Source of the DNA: an uncultured Candidatus Poseidoniales archaeon
GTDB taxonomy: Archaea > Thermoplasmatota > Poseidoniia > Poseidoniales > CAYMED01
DNA: 64,000 bases
Assembly: GCA_964389655.1 (NCBI GenBank)
Contig: CAYMED010000002.1
Location: forward strand, 1 to 64,000
Reading direction: 5' to 3'
In this document: positions 21,158 to 31,768 of the stretch, in pieces
Numbering within the stretch: position 1 is the first letter of the stretch
How the letters are laid out: every line of letters begins with the position of its first letter
The notes under the pieces: model-generated
Seen by the model: the letters and a program-made list of their open reading frames with translations, nothing else
The model's database searches: none
Told to the model about the DNA's origin: nothing
Program-made: the position numbers and the translations under genes

Positions 21158-21982
21158 TCAAATTATCATGGACAAATGAGATTTGATTTTGTTTATGTCA
21201 TCATCACTAAAGCCACTAGCTGGAGACTGTATCCATCCGACATAAGCTCGATCGATACGTTTTACCTCAATAAGAGACCTTCCTTTATACCGCCCAAATG
21301 CAAGTATAATATTTCCATTTTCATCCAATCTTAACTTTCCTTCCGGATCAATTGTTTCTAAGTCATCCAAGGATGGACCCAATAAGTCATTTTCCTTTGA
21401 TTGATCTCCTTTCTTCCAATTTTCAAGTTCATCAAGCGTTGTTCTGAACTTATTTGGCTCGCTCTCCATTAATTTCCATAATAAGAGTAGGGTGGCAGCA
21501 GCATCTGCACATGCATCATGTGCTCGCGCCAAATTAATTGAAAAAAACATGCAAAGATCTCCCAGGCGGTGTCGTCCAGGTATTTGCATAGACCGTGCAA
21601 TTAGCAAAGTATCTAGAATTGCTTTTGGTGCAGCGGGGATTCTTCCAGCACGCAAATATTCCGCCTCAAGAAACGGCCAATCAAATGCCCGTATATTGTG
21701 TCCGACAAGTATGGATCCCCCTATGATTTCATCTAATTTATCCAGATAATCTGTAAATTCCCTCTCTCCCTCAACATCCGCATCTAAAATCCCATGAACG
21801 CGCGTTGATTGCTCAGGTATTGGACGCTTTGGATTCACTAATTTTGTAAATTCAATTGGATCCCCCCTTTCATCAGCGCCTATGAATGCGAATTGGATTA
21901 TCCGATCCCCCCGTGTTGAAATTCCCGTGGTCTCCAAATCAAATCCCAAGACCGTGTACCCCTCTAGTATTTCTCCGGCCAT
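21158..21982 (-). CDS. DEDDh 3'-5' exonuclease (DnaQ/epsilon-like) with ExoX-like C-terminal domain
   Basis: FDLETTG, VGHNIRAFD, HDACAD. C-terminal FGRYKGRSL.EV...D.AY..W. Confidence 0.9.
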   Translation of the reverse strand: MAGEILEGYTVLGFDLETTGISTRGDRIIQFAFIGADERGDPIEFTKLVNPKRPIPEQSTRVHGILDADVEGEREFTDYLDKLDEIIGGSILVGHNIRAFDWPFLEAEYLRAGRIPAAPKAILDTLLIARSMQIPGRHRLGDLCMFFSINLARAHDACADAAATLLLLWKLMESEPNKFRTTLDELENWKKGDQSKENDLLGPSLDDLETIDPEGKLRLDENGNIILAFGRYKGRSLIEVKRIDRAYVGWIQSPASGFSDDDINKIKSHLSMII

Positions 21983-22056
21983 ACCCTTGCGCATCTGCAA
22001 TTTGCTTTGAATGCTAGTTTGCAAAATGCTATTTGTGCAACCTCTGTGTCACTCTC

Positions 22057-22611
22057 ATGGGGGTCCGAAATTGGCTCAGGGACAAATGGAATCCCATTCT
22101 TGCCGAAGATGAATCAAATTTTGAGGAGGAAGAGGCAATCGTGGAAGCCAAACTAGCTGAGCAATATGCTTCTTCCGCAGCTTCGATCCTCAATAGCGCA
22201 TTTTCATCTTTAGAGGATGATGATGAAGAAATTGAATCTGAAGAAATTGAATCTGACATTGCTTCTATAATTGACGTGGGTGTTGTAGATGTCGACGATT
22301 TGTTGGATGAGGATGCGAAATTGGAGAATTTCAGTGATGTATCAATAGGTGAATTCAAGCCCGAAAACGTTCATCTTGAAGATTCAGATTCACATTTTGT
22401 AGATGCCTCGGTGATTGGTGTGGATGATGATGATTTCATCGTCGAAATTGTTCAGGAATCAATATCCAATGATGACTTTGAAATTATTCACTCTTCCCCG
22501 GATCTTGATTATTCATCAATGAAAGTATCCGACCTCAAGGGCCTGTGCCGAAAAAGAGGATTGCCAGTTGGTGGTAAAAAGTCCGATATCATTTCAAGAT
22601 TACAAGCATAG
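22057..22611 (+). CDS. Acidic protein with C-terminal SAP DNA-binding domain
   Basis: YSSMKVSDLKGLCRKRGLPVGGKKSDIISRL matches SAP. The remainder is D/E-rich. Confidence 0.85.
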   Translation: MGVRNWLRDKWNPILAEDESNFEEEEAIVEAKLAEQYASSAASILNSAFSSLEDDDEEIESEEIESDIASIIDVGVVDVDDLLDEDAKLENFSDVSIGEFKPENVHLEDSDSHFVDASVIGVDDDDFIVEIVQESISNDDFEIIHSSPDLDYSSMKVSDLKGLCRKRGLPVGGKKSDIISRLQA

Positions 22612-22635
22612 CCCCTGAAGTGGACCATAGAAACC

Positions 22636-22691
22636 CATTTGTATGGCAATAACAAATGCAAAGGGTAACTTGGATAACCCCATTTACCCTT
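22636..22691. terminator. Two tandem hairpins between convergent genes
   Basis: catttgt (22636-42)/acaaatg (22652-58) and aagggtaa (22661-68)/ttaccctt (22684-91). Confidence 0.45.
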
Positions 22692-22693
22692 AT

Positions 22694-23401
22694 TCAATCA
22701 TGACTGGAATATACACGGCGAATGAAAGGGCGTTCAACCATGCCGTAGAACAAATAGATGCTCCCTTGGAAAATCATAGCGACCACCAACCCCTCAAGTG
22801 AACCGGCTTCAATAGCAGCACCATATAGTGAAAGATTCCCAACCCCATACATCGGGTTCGAGAACATGGAATAGGGCCCTGTCGTCACCAAGCCCCCGTC
22901 ACCGGCTTCATCCAAAAACAAGTCACGATAATAGTAAACATCCATACCGACCAGAAGGGTTGCCCAGATTTTGGTTGAAGTGCTGATGAGAAAGATGATT
23001 GCCCCACCTAGGATGATCAATATATGCGGTATTGTTACGTCAAAACTATTTGTGTAATGTTGCAGGAATATCGCTACACACCAACCTTGGTTGAAGTAAA
23101 CAACCCCTAGAATCGTTTCGTAAACAGTCCAAGCCCGATCCCTCCCCAGACGAGAATGCATGAGACGATGAAATCTTACTTTGAAGAAGATGATGTGTCC
23201 AGCATAGTAGATGCACCAGATCGCAACAACATAGACCAGCGCCCCATCTGGAGTAGTGATTAATGTTAGAGAGAGAAAGAGTGAGAGTGCAATGAGCAAT
23301 GATGTTGCACCGATTTGTACGGCGCTACGATCGAGTCGAAGTCCAGACATTCCACTAACTGTTGTCACGATGTCGTAGGCGATTTTGGTGCCCTTCGACA
23401 T
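22694..23401 (-). CDS. PEMT-family (phospholipid N-methyltransferase-like) integral membrane methyltransferase
   Basis: Multi-TM. W....G...YYYRDLF....LVTTGPYSMFSNPMYGVGNL...E.PF...Y motif. Start 23401 or 23434. Confidence 0.8.
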   Translation of the reverse strand: MSKGTKIAYDIVTTVSGMSGLRLDRSAVQIGATSLLIALSLFLSLTLITTPDGALVYVVAIWCIYYAGHIIFFKVRFHRLMHSRLGRDRAWTVYETILGVVYFNQGWCVAIFLQHYTNSFDVTIPHILIILGGAIIFLISTSTKIWATLLVGMDVYYYRDLFLDEAGDGGLVTTGPYSMFSNPMYGVGNLSLYGAAIEAGSLEGLVVAMIFQGSIYLFYGMVERPFIRRVYSSHD

Positions 23402-23638
23402 GTATCTCCGATAACGACATACTCCATGAATCAATTGTATTTGATAAGTTGGAAGGGTTCATTCGATTGCCCATGCGACTTCCAAAACTGGTTGAGAGGC
23501 GATCTAACTGGTCTATTGGAACGTTAGCGTTTGTATTCATTGCGATTTATTTCCAGTTTTTTTTGATTCACTACCAATACCGCAATTTCACATGCATCTT
23601 TCCGTCAGCGATAAGACCTTTGATTGAATGGCAGGACC

Positions 23639-24832
23639 ATGCGAAAGGGGAGCGGACTATCTGTCCTGATTATCCTCGCCTCTTTTTCGGCACTAGGGTG
23701 CCTTGGTTCTGACTCAGTTTCCCGCCCATCAGCTGAGTTAATGGCAGCTCCAATTCAAATTGATGTGGGAGAGGCAGTAAACCTTGATGCTCGTGCATCT
23801 TCAACTCCAGATCCGACGATATTGATGGAATATCGCTGGGAATTTGGGGATGGGCAAAGGCAAACAACAGTTCATGGTTTTGTAACTCACGTATACAACG
23901 TACCTGGTGATCATATCGTGCGCGTTACTGTTGTAAATAATGAGGGCGGTGAAGACAGTGCAACGGTTCAAATTATTGTTAATTCCCCACCTTTGATTGG
24001 CTTACAAGTTCCTGAGCGCGTGTTAATTGGGGATATGATTGACTTGGATGCTTCAGGCTCTTCAGACCCAGAAGGGGGGGAATTAGAAATTACTTGGGAT
24101 TTAGATTTGGATTTAGATTCAGACCTCAATGGTGATTCGACCGACGACGTAGACGCATCAGGTCCAATAACAAGTCTTCAAGCGTTGCACGTTGGAGTTG
24201 TACGCGGCGCAGTTACTGTTTCAGATATTCTTGATTCAAAAACACGTCTTGAATGGAATGTATCTGTTGAATCACGACAATTCAAAGTTAGATGGATTGA
24301 ACGCACAATCACGATTCCAACAATTGATGATTATACTGAAGAAGGCGATATATGGACTTCAAATATGACGCCGGGCGCGGATGGACGCATATATTCAATG
24401 AATGCAACCCTTATTCTCGACTATGATTATCTTCATCAAATGCCACAAGATAATTTCACTTTGCGATTTCGGGTTCCATTGCACGCACTAGAACAAATGG
24501 AACATACTCATCAAGAGAACCTTACAAAGAATGCTACTGCACAGATTGATATTTCAAATCTGAACCCTTATCCTGCATCTGAAGAAATCTATGAGGCAAT
24601 GAGCAAGGAATCTCTCGTTGCCCGACTATTAGGTGATCCTGAGTTAAGTGTGGGTAATGGAATATGGGTTTGGTCTGTGGAAGCGGATGAATCCGACCCC
24701 GATTGTGAAATTCCAAACTCAGAGCTGGGGTGTCCCGATACAATTCCTGACCCAGATGATGGAAATCACTGGACATTAGAAATTGAATATGTGATTCTTG
24801 TTCCAGCAATTACTGAAATCACCCTCTATTGA
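23639..24832 (+). CDS. PKD-domain lipoprotein
   Basis: ALGCLG lipobox. Two PKD domains (LDARASS.PD...YRWEFGDG...H.Y..PG; LDASGSSDPEG..L...WD). Confidence 0.85.
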   Translation: MRKGSGLSVLIILASFSALGCLGSDSVSRPSAELMAAPIQIDVGEAVNLDARASSTPDPTILMEYRWEFGDGQRQTTVHGFVTHVYNVPGDHIVRVTVVNNEGGEDSATVQIIVNSPPLIGLQVPERVLIGDMIDLDASGSSDPEGGELEITWDLDLDLDSDLNGDSTDDVDASGPITSLQALHVGVVRGAVTVSDILDSKTRLEWNVSVESRQFKVRWIERTITIPTIDDYTEEGDIWTSNMTPGADGRIYSMNATLILDYDYLHQMPQDNFTLRFRVPLHALEQMEHTHQENLTKNATAQIDISNLNPYPASEEIYEAMSKESLVARLLGDPELSVGNGIWVWSVEADESDPDCEIPNSELGCPDTIPDPDDGNHWTLEIEYVILVPAITEITLY

Positions 24833-24893
24833 TGATGATCTTATGTCGATCCTTTCATGTGCTGGCTAGGACCCGCAAAGACAGGGAAACCGT

Positions 24894-25265
24894 ATGGAAT
24901 CACTTGTGATCCGAAAAGTGCAGGCCCGCGACCGCCTTATTCTTGATGTAGACGTGTGGATGAAAAACCCCGATGATATGTCTTTCCAACCCCGCATGGT
25001 TCTTCATAAGAACGAACTCAATATTTACAATGGCGACTCTGAAAAGCCATGTAGTCATGCCACCTTAGATGAATTGTCTCTTTCTTTGCTCGAAAGAGAT
25101 AGAATGGCTGAATTAAGGGTTAAATTTCAAGTTAAAGGGATGCATGGAATGCTTACTCACAAGCACCCAATTCTCGCAGATGGTAATGCAAATGTGAAGA
25201 AGTTAGCAGAGCCAAGGTGGAAATCTATTATTCCAGTCAGCATGGATACCTTTGAAGAAGAATAG
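24894..25265 (+). CDS. Hypothetical protein
   Basis: 123-aa ATG ORF in a co-directional run. Confidence 0.7.
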   Translation: MESLVIRKVQARDRLILDVDVWMKNPDDMSFQPRMVLHKNELNIYNGDSEKPCSHATLDELSLSLLERDRMAELRVKFQVKGMHGMLTHKHPILADGNANVKKLAEPRWKSIIPVSMDTFEEE

Positions 25266-25332
25266 TTTTTGTGGGGTCCCCGGGATGTCCCTATTTCGCT
25301 TCATATGCCACGTCCCCTTCCTCTAACTTACA

Positions 25333-25581
25333 ATGATTGAGGGAAAACAACGGACCGCCCGTAGGGAACGCCTAAAGCGAGAAATTATGGATTATGTCGG
25401 CGATAATCCAGATTGCACAGCGAGCATGATTGCTGGTGCACTTGCAGTCGACCGCCGCATGCGAAATCATGGACTAACTGCCAGAAAAGTTGGTTTTTTC
25501 ATACCACGCTTCTGTAAAGACATACGATACCGTATTGATTCAGGAAGCGGATGTCGTATTTACAGCATGGCAGAAGATTAG
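25333..25581 (+). CDS. Small basic protein, possible winged helix
   Basis: I..YV.DNPDCTASMIA..L......T..KVGFFI helix pattern plus a beta-hairpin-like C-terminus. Confidence 0.6.
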   Translation: MIEGKQRTARRERLKREIMDYVGDNPDCTASMIAGALAVDRRMRNHGLTARKVGFFIPRFCKDIRYRIDSGSGCRIYSMAED

Positions 25582-25630
25582 CTTTCCCGTACCGCCGCTT
25601 TGAATGGGCGCGACCATTTCCGCGTAACAC

Positions 25631-26305
25631 GTGAAAGGCGACGTTGCCTATTTCGACCTCGATGGGACGATTTTAGATGCTTCATCCGAAGGGCTATTTT
25701 TCCGCTATTTATGCAACCATTATGGGTTTACCTTCAAGATAAAGTCATCATCAAGGTGGCTTTTAGGAAGTTTGTCCCGTCTTTTCAGATTTCAGTCATT
25801 TTATGATGCATTTAGAAATCGAAACTATCTCAAAGGATTATCTTGGTCTGAAATAAGCAATCTTGCAGCGGAATTTGCCCAAACCCATCTGTTTCAGTAT
25901 GTTTCTCCCGCGGCAGTAAAACGTTTGGAGTGGCATCGCAGCCGGGGAGATAGAATTGTAATTGTTTCAGCCTCCCTTCAACCACTCGCCGAAACAATTG
26001 GTACCCATCTTGGAGTAGACAAAACATACGCTTCCGTACTCCCAACTAACTCGAGGGGTCATATATTGGGGAGAGAGAATAATGCCATCATCCCCCGCCG
26101 GAAGACCAAAATTAGAGTCATTCAAAATGACGCATTAAAACATGAATATGATCTTAGAGACTCATGGGGATATGGAAATAGTTATGCCGATAAATGGTTC
26201 ATGGAGGTGTGTGGATCGGCCATTACGGTAAACCCAGACCGCCGCTTGATGAAATTGGCGAAAAAAAACCATTGGGAAGTGGTGGAATGGGAAACAGTTT
26301 TTTGA
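25631..26305 (+). CDS. HAD-IB family hydrolase
   Basis: YFDLDGTI, IVSAS, K, GYGNSYAD, VNPDRRL...A....W. Confidence 0.9.
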   Translation: MKGDVAYFDLDGTILDASSEGLFFRYLCNHYGFTFKIKSSSRWLLGSLSRLFRFQSFYDAFRNRNYLKGLSWSEISNLAAEFAQTHLFQYVSPAAVKRLEWHRSRGDRIVIVSASLQPLAETIGTHLGVDKTYASVLPTNSRGHILGRENNAIIPRRKTKIRVIQNDALKHEYDLRDSWGYGNSYADKWFMEVCGSAITVNPDRRLMKLAKKNHWEVVEWETVF

Positions 26306-26337
26306 ATAGTATAATTCAAACTTGTGGACCCATCAAA

Positions 26338-26414
26338 TGGTGGACCTGCGGGGATTTGAACCCCGGTTAACGGGTCCGCAACCCGCTGTGATATCCTAGC
26401 TACACTACAAGTCC
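26338..26414 (-). tRNA. tRNA-Arg(GCG), CCA encoded
   Basis: Reverse complement: GGACTTG...GCGGG-TT-GCG-GA-CCCGT...CGGGG-TTCAAAT-CCCCG-CAGGTCC-A-CCA. Confidence 0.95.
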
Positions 26415-26457
26415 GATGGCCCGGCCATTTGCACGGTTCGTTTAATCGCGTCGACTC

Positions 26458-28842
26458 TTATGCACCACATGCTTCACAGTCGGAGTCATCAATATTACAC
26501 GCTTGAATAACAGGTTCTGACTGTTTTGCCCTAAAAACAAGATTGTTGACTGTGCTTTGATTTGAGATTGATCTTGATTTTGCATCAACTGTAAATTTGA
26601 TTGCATCCACGGCGGCCTTTGTGCGGAGATAATACATTCCCGTCTTTAATCCCGCTTTCCAACCATGGAAATGCATTGAAGTGACCTTTTTCACGTTTGC
26701 ATCAGTCATGTGAATGTTAAGGCTCTGTGATTGATCAATATATGCTCCTCGTTCCGCAGCCATATCAATAATGTTCTTTTGTTTTATTTCCCAAGTTGTT
26801 CTGTATCTTTTACGAATCTCTTCAGGTATCTGCTCAATATGTTTTACAGAACCATTCCCAATAATAATTGCATCTTTTATTTGTTCAGACCATAACCCTT
26901 CTTCGACCAAGTCATTTACCAAGTGCTTGTTAATTACTGGAAATTCACCAGCCAATGTACGGCGAACGTAGAGATTAGATGTAAATGCCTCAAAGCATTC
27001 GTTATTTCCAAGGATTTGGCTAGTGGATGCTGTTGGCATTGGAGCTAGGAGAAGTGAATTTCTCATTCCATATTCTATCACATCTGCTCTTGTTTCTTCC
27101 CAATTCCAGAGGCCAGAATCAGGGGTAACTCCCCATAAATCAAATTGAAATGAGCCAGTAGAGGCGGGCGACCCCTCAAATGTTTCATAGGGCCCGTGTG
27201 TTTTCGCCAATGCGATTGATTCGGTTACGGCGGCATGATAAATTGTCTCAAAGATATGGCGATTGAGATCTCTTGCATTCTTTGAATCAAAGTTCAGATT
27301 CATAATCGCAAATGTATCCGCAAGCCCTTGTACTCCAATGCCTATGGGCCGATGCCTCATATTCGATCTTCGAGCCTCTTGAACAGGGTAGAAATTTCTA
27401 TCAATAACAGCATTCAAATTGAAAGTGACTTTCCTTGATATTTCATGCAACGCCTTGAAATCAAATGTATTTGTGTCCCCATCAACAAATTTTGGCAAGG
27501 CGATTGATGCCAAATTGCATACTGCCACCTCATCAGGGGAGGTATATTCGATAATTTCTGTGCATAAATTTGATGACCTGATTGTACCAAGGTTTTGCTG
27601 GTTGGATTTCCGATTTGCAGCATCTTTGTATAACATATATGGCGTTCCAGTCTCTATTTGTGATGTAACTATTGCATCCCACAAATCGCGCGCACGAATC
27701 GTTTCACGAGCAAGCCCTTCATTCTCATATGTTTCATAAAGTGATACAAATTCATCACCCCATACATCTTGCAATCCCGGACATTCATTTGGGCAGAACA
27801 AACTCCATTTATCGTCAATCTGAACGCGCTGCATGAAAAGATCAGACGTCCAAAGTGCATAGAATAGATCTCTAGCTCTGCTTTCTTCTTTTCCGTGATT
27901 TTTCTTCAGGTCAAGCCATGCGTATATATCAGCGTGCCAGGGTTCGAGATAAATTGCAATTACTCCCTTTCTTTTCCCTCCTCCTTGGTCTACATATCTT
28001 GCAGTTGCATTGAAGACACGCAACATAGGGACTAACCCATTTGAAGTTCCATTTGTCCCTTTGATGTAGGACCCTGTTGCTCTAATGTGGTGAATCGAAA
28101 GGCCAATTCCCCCTGCTGATTTTGAGATCTGTGCGCATTGCGTTAATGTGTCATAAATTCCCTCAAGTGAGTCATCTTGCATAGTGAGTAAAAAACATGA
28201 TGACATTTGTGGATATGGCGTACCAGCATTGAACAATGTTGGGGTTGCATGGGTAAATAGTCCCGTGGACATGAGGTCATAAGTTTCGAATGCACGTTCT
28301 AGATCATTCCCATGTATTCCCAATGAAACACGCATGAGCATATGTTGTGGGCGCTCTGCAATTTCTCCATACATTTTGAGGAGATAAGATCTCTCTAGTG
28401 TTCGCAGCCCGAATATGTCGTAGTTCCAATCTCGTTTATGGTCAATCTTTTCTTGGATGGAAGGCCCATTATCCATCACGATTTTTCTCAACTCTTCAGA
28501 AATTAAGGGGGCATGCAATCCCGTCTCGGGATCTATATAATCAGCTAATTCCCCTGAAAGAGATATGAAATCAGCAGATGTATTTCGGTACAATTTTAAT
28601 AAAGCAAATCTAGAAGATAACCGGCAATAGTCTGGGTGAGTTGTCGTCAACGATGCAGCAGTTTCAGCAGCTAAATCATCGATCTGATCGAGCGTCATTC
28701 CTTCCCGCATTGCGATGGCAGTTTCATTGCATACGCGGGAGATGTCAACATAGGTTTCATCCAACCCGTCACTTAATCCAATATAGCGTATTTTCATCTC
28801 ATTAATGCGGTCTTCTTTCGTGTTAAGTTTCGCGTCCAGCAT
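26458..28842 (-). CDS. nrdA: Class Ia ribonucleotide reductase alpha subunit (eukaryote-like)
   Basis: [59 protein letters not shown]-terminal CEACGA. Confidence 0.97.
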   Translation of the reverse strand: MLDAKLNTKEDRINEMKIRYIGLSDGLDETYVDISRVCNETAIAMREGMTLDQIDDLAAETAASLTTTHPDYCRLSSRFALLKLYRNTSADFISLSGELADYIDPETGLHAPLISEELRKIVMDNGPSIQEKIDHKRDWNYDIFGLRTLERSYLLKMYGEIAERPQHMLMRVSLGIHGNDLERAFETYDLMSTGLFTHATPTLFNAGTPYPQMSSCFLLTMQDDSLEGIYDTLTQCAQISKSAGGIGLSIHHIRATGSYIKGTNGTSNGLVPMLRVFNATARYVDQGGGKRKGVIAIYLEPWHADIYAWLDLKKNHGKEESRARDLFYALWTSDLFMQRVQIDDKWSLFCPNECPGLQDVWGDEFVSLYETYENEGLARETIRARDLWDAIVTSQIETGTPYMLYKDAANRKSNQQNLGTIRSSNLCTEIIEYTSPDEVAVCNLASIALPKFVDGDTNTFDFKALHEISRKVTFNLNAVIDRNFYPVQEARRSNMRHRPIGIGVQGLADTFAIMNLNFDSKNARDLNRHIFETIYHAAVTESIALAKTHGPYETFEGSPASTGSFQFDLWGVTPDSGLWNWEETRADVIEYGMRNSLLLAPMPTASTSQILGNNECFEAFTSNLYVRRTLAGEFPVINKHLVNDLVEEGLWSEQIKDAIIIGNGSVKHIEQIPEEIRKRYRTTWEIKQKNIIDMAAERGAYIDQSQSLNIHMTDANVKKVTSMHFHGWKAGLKTGMYYLRTKAAVDAIKFTVDAKSRSISNQSTVNNLVFRAKQSEPVIQACNIDDSDCEACGA

Positions 28843-28884
28843 CCATACCCCTCGCGCGCAAAGTTCCGTTCTCCCGGCGCCGGT

Positions 28885-29916
28885 CTAAAAGTCTTCATCC
28901 ATTGAGAACCGTGTTTGAACCGTTCCCGATGACCCATTGCTTGTGGCCACGCCAGATTTTTGATATTCACTAACTCTTCTTTCAAAGAAATTTGTTTTTC
29001 CTTGTAAACTGATGAGTTCCATCCAAGGAAATGGGTTTTCAGTATTGTATATTTTTTCCACATCAAGTGCAATAAGTAGCCTGTCTGCAACGAATTCGAT
29101 GTATTTCATCATCATATCTGCATTCATGCCGATGAGTGTAACTGGAAGCGAGTCGGATACAAATTCCTTTTCGATTTCGACAGCTTGACTGATAATTCTG
29201 ATAATCACTGTTTTATCAGCCTTCTGTTCTAGTAGGCTGTGGATGTGACAGGCGAAGTCACAGTGAAGTCCTTCATCTCTAGATATGAGCTCATTTGAGA
29301 ATGTTAATCCAGGCATAAGACCTCTTTTCTTCAACCAAAAGATGGAACAAAAAGAACCTGAAAAGAAGATCCCTTCTATTGCAGCAAAGGCGATTAATCT
29401 CTCTGCAAAGTTTCCTCGCTTTCGTGAAAGCCATCGCAAAGCCCATTCTGCCTTTTTTTGAACTGCAGGGATTGTTTCAATTGCCCGTAACAATTTATCT
29501 TTTTCATATGGATCTTGGATGTATGTATCTATGAGTAGCGAGTAGGCCTCTGAATGGATATTTTCCATTGCAATTTGGAACCCATAGAAACACCTTGCTT
29601 CAGCAATTTGAACTTCTTGCATAAAATTAACCGCTAGGTTTTCATTGACAATACCATCACTTCCCGCGAAAAAAGCAAGAACGTGCTTGATAAAGTGCCT
29701 TTCATCATCATCTAGCTTTTCATTCCAATCCTTTAAATCCGGTTCTAAGTCCATTTCTTCGGCGGTCCAAAATGCGGCAACATGTGCTTTATAGAATTCC
29801 CAAATTTTGCTATATTGTATTGGAAAAAGTACAAATCTATTTTTTGAGGCCGCCAAAATAGGCTCATTTCTCGGTTCGCTTCCATCCAGCGAATCTGAAA
29901 ACATGAGTAGCGCCAA
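28885..29916 (-). CDS. nrdB: Class Ia ribonucleotide reductase beta subunit
   Basis: [22 protein letters not shown] (radical Tyr), [33 protein letters not shown] end. Confidence 0.97.
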   Translation of the reverse strand: MALLMFSDSLDGSEPRNEPILAASKNRFVLFPIQYSKIWEFYKAHVAAFWTAEEMDLEPDLKDWNEKLDDDERHFIKHVLAFFAGSDGIVNENLAVNFMQEVQIAEARCFYGFQIAMENIHSEAYSLLIDTYIQDPYEKDKLLRAIETIPAVQKKAEWALRWLSRKRGNFAERLIAFAAIEGIFFSGSFCSIFWLKKRGLMPGLTFSNELISRDEGLHCDFACHIHSLLEQKADKTVIIRIISQAVEIEKEFVSDSLPVTLIGMNADMMMKYIEFVADRLLIALDVEKIYNTENPFPWMELISLQGKTNFFERRVSEYQKSGVATSNGSSGTVQTRFSMDEDF

Positions 29917-30035
29917 TCACCCATCATTGGGGGTGTATAGTGTATCCTGTCGAAAATTAATCAATAAGGTGTTATCATCCTTAATGTGCCGAATCCAACC
30001 GGATGGATCATGAATCATTCTCAAGAGCGTAGCGC

Positions 30036-30455
30036 GTGGCATTTGAGGTGGGCCGCCGAATTGGCTGGTCAGAAGTGGATTTGGCAGGGGTGATGTATTA
30101 CCCTAAAGCCTTACATTTGGCGCACGAGACATTTGAGAAAGTTTGGCCCACTATATTTGGAAAACCATATCGGCATATTATCGAGCAAATGGACATTGGA
30201 TTCCCCACTGTTCGGGTTGAGGCCGAATGGAATTCCCCACTGTATCTCGACGATGAGATTACCATTCAACTTAGCGTCGAAAACATAGGGACATCTAGTG
30301 TGACCTGGTCTTGCTTTTTCTTGAAATTTAATGGTAGTGTGTGTTGGCATGGCAATATTACTACCGCGTGCGTAAAAGTTTCCTCTTTTAGTAAAATCGA
30401 GATCCCAGGTGAATTAAAACGCGCATTACAAAAGATTCAGTTGAGCAATGGATAA
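30036..30455 (+). CDS. 4HBT-like hotdog-fold acyl-CoA thioesterase
   Basis: SEVDLAGVMYYP, PL...DEI.I...V..IG.SS, IP.EL..AL. Confidence 0.85.
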   Translation: MAFEVGRRIGWSEVDLAGVMYYPKALHLAHETFEKVWPTIFGKPYRHIIEQMDIGFPTVRVEAEWNSPLYLDDEITIQLSVENIGTSSVTWSCFFLKFNGSVCWHGNITTACVKVSSFSKIEIPGELKRALQKIQLSNG

Positions 30456-30464
30456 GGTGTCTCA

Positions 30465-31088
30465 ATGTCTTCTCTCCCTCTTCGCCTCATCGATGATGAA
30501 GACGAATCTCTTTGGAACAATATTACCCCCGTACTCCCTCCGACTCCAAGTAACCCGGCAATTCCCTTTGCTTGTGGAGTATTATTGATGTTGGCGGCCG
30601 TAATCCCATTAGCAACTGGTTTCGCCGGTTTGTCCGCTCATGCTTTTCGCCCCAGTGATCAAAGAGTATCGGACCTTGTCGATGCCTCAAACATGTGGTT
30701 TGGGACGAATTTAACGATTGAATCATACCGTACTCAAGATGATCAAATGAGGGGGCAGGGGATCTACCTTTTGCAAGCGGCATTTGGAACATCTTCCGGC
30801 CTGCTTATGTTTGTGGGTGGTGGTGGTTTATTCAAGCAACGAGGAATTGGCGCAGGCCGTGCATTTTCAGGGGTACTGATTTGGCTGATTAGCCTTCCAA
30901 TAATGAATTGGGCAGCAAGTGAAATAACGTTTGATCAGAACGCATTGCCCACAACTTCAGACCCTTGGCTTGAAACAATGTTGTTGACTTTCTGCTCAAT
31001 TAGCATGCTTGTTCTTGCAATTACACCAATTATCCTTCCATCATCACGCCTTGCACTTGGACTTACCACGTACGATGAAGGTGAGTAA
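30465..31088 (+). CDS. Hypothetical 4-TM membrane protein
   Basis: Four hydrophobic segments, AAGGTG SD. Confidence 0.7.
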   Translation: MSSLPLRLIDDEDESLWNNITPVLPPTPSNPAIPFACGVLLMLAAVIPLATGFAGLSAHAFRPSDQRVSDLVDASNMWFGTNLTIESYRTQDDQMRGQGIYLLQAAFGTSSGLLMFVGGGGLFKQRGIGAGRAFSGVLIWLISLPIMNWAASEITFDQNALPTTSDPWLETMLLTFCSISMLVLAITPIILPSSRLALGLTTYDEGE

Positions 31089-31090
31089 CT

Positions 31091-31768
31091 GTGCCTGATG
31101 ATGAATCTCAAATTGAAAGTAGCGTTCCTCTTGGGCCGGATCTTTGGATGGATGGTAGGTGGGCTGAAGATTCCAAAAGGTCGCGCGGAAAGGGCGCAGC
31201 GATTTTGGCATTTGTTTTAGCCGGATTTTCATTGTTAAGTTCTGGTGGTGGGGCACTATATGTCGCTTATTTTGAACCCATGTTGATTGAGAACCTTGAT
31301 GGGGAAATGGGTTATTTTGAAGATCGCCAATATCCTGATAATGGCACATCTGATGAACAAAATGAATGGAATCAAACACAAGAAGCCGTCAAAGAACTCA
31401 ATGCAACTTTGCAACTAATGACTGATGACCGCTACCATGGATTGATGAATAGCCAACTTATTTTTGGTGCGGTTAGTGGTCTATTACTTGGCGCCGCCGG
31501 TGCATTAATTTTAACAGGACAAAGACATGGTTTTCCCTTTGCCATAGGCGTTTATGCATTGAATTTATTTTTTGGGTTGTATTATACTTATCTCTGGGGC
31601 ATTTTTCTCGACGAGGTATATCAAACAGGCGATTTAATAATGGGTGTTTCCCTCATATTAGGGGGTAGTATGAGTATGTTATTTTCTTTAGCTTGTATTG
31701 GTTTCACTGGATATTCTTGGTGGCTCATACATTCAGATAACAAGGGAAAAAATTCATTCAATACCTGA
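31091..31768 (+). CDS. Hypothetical 4-TM membrane protein, similar topology to upstream gene
   Basis: Four hydrophobic segments, AGGTGA SD before GTG. Confidence 0.7.
   Translation: MPDDESQIESSVPLGPDLWMDGRWAEDSKRSRGKGAAILAFVLAGFSLLSSGGGALYVAYFEPMLIENLDGEMGYFEDRQYPDNGTSDEQNEWNQTQEAVKELNATLQLMTDDRYHGLMNSQLIFGAVSGLLLGAAGALILTGQRHGFPFAIGVYALNLFFGLYYTYLWGIFLDEVYQTGDLIMGVSLILGGSMSMLFSLACIGFTGYSWWLIHSDNKGKNSFNT

Noticed and set aside
26324-26346. gtggacc duplicated beside the tRNA-Arg 3' end as an att site
   Set aside because: Only 7 bp, no integrase, and the adjacent genes look like ordinary chromosomal genes.
29930-29946. NrdR box upstream of nrdB
   Set aside because: Only a half-site (TATAGTGT), with no palindrome or tandem copy.
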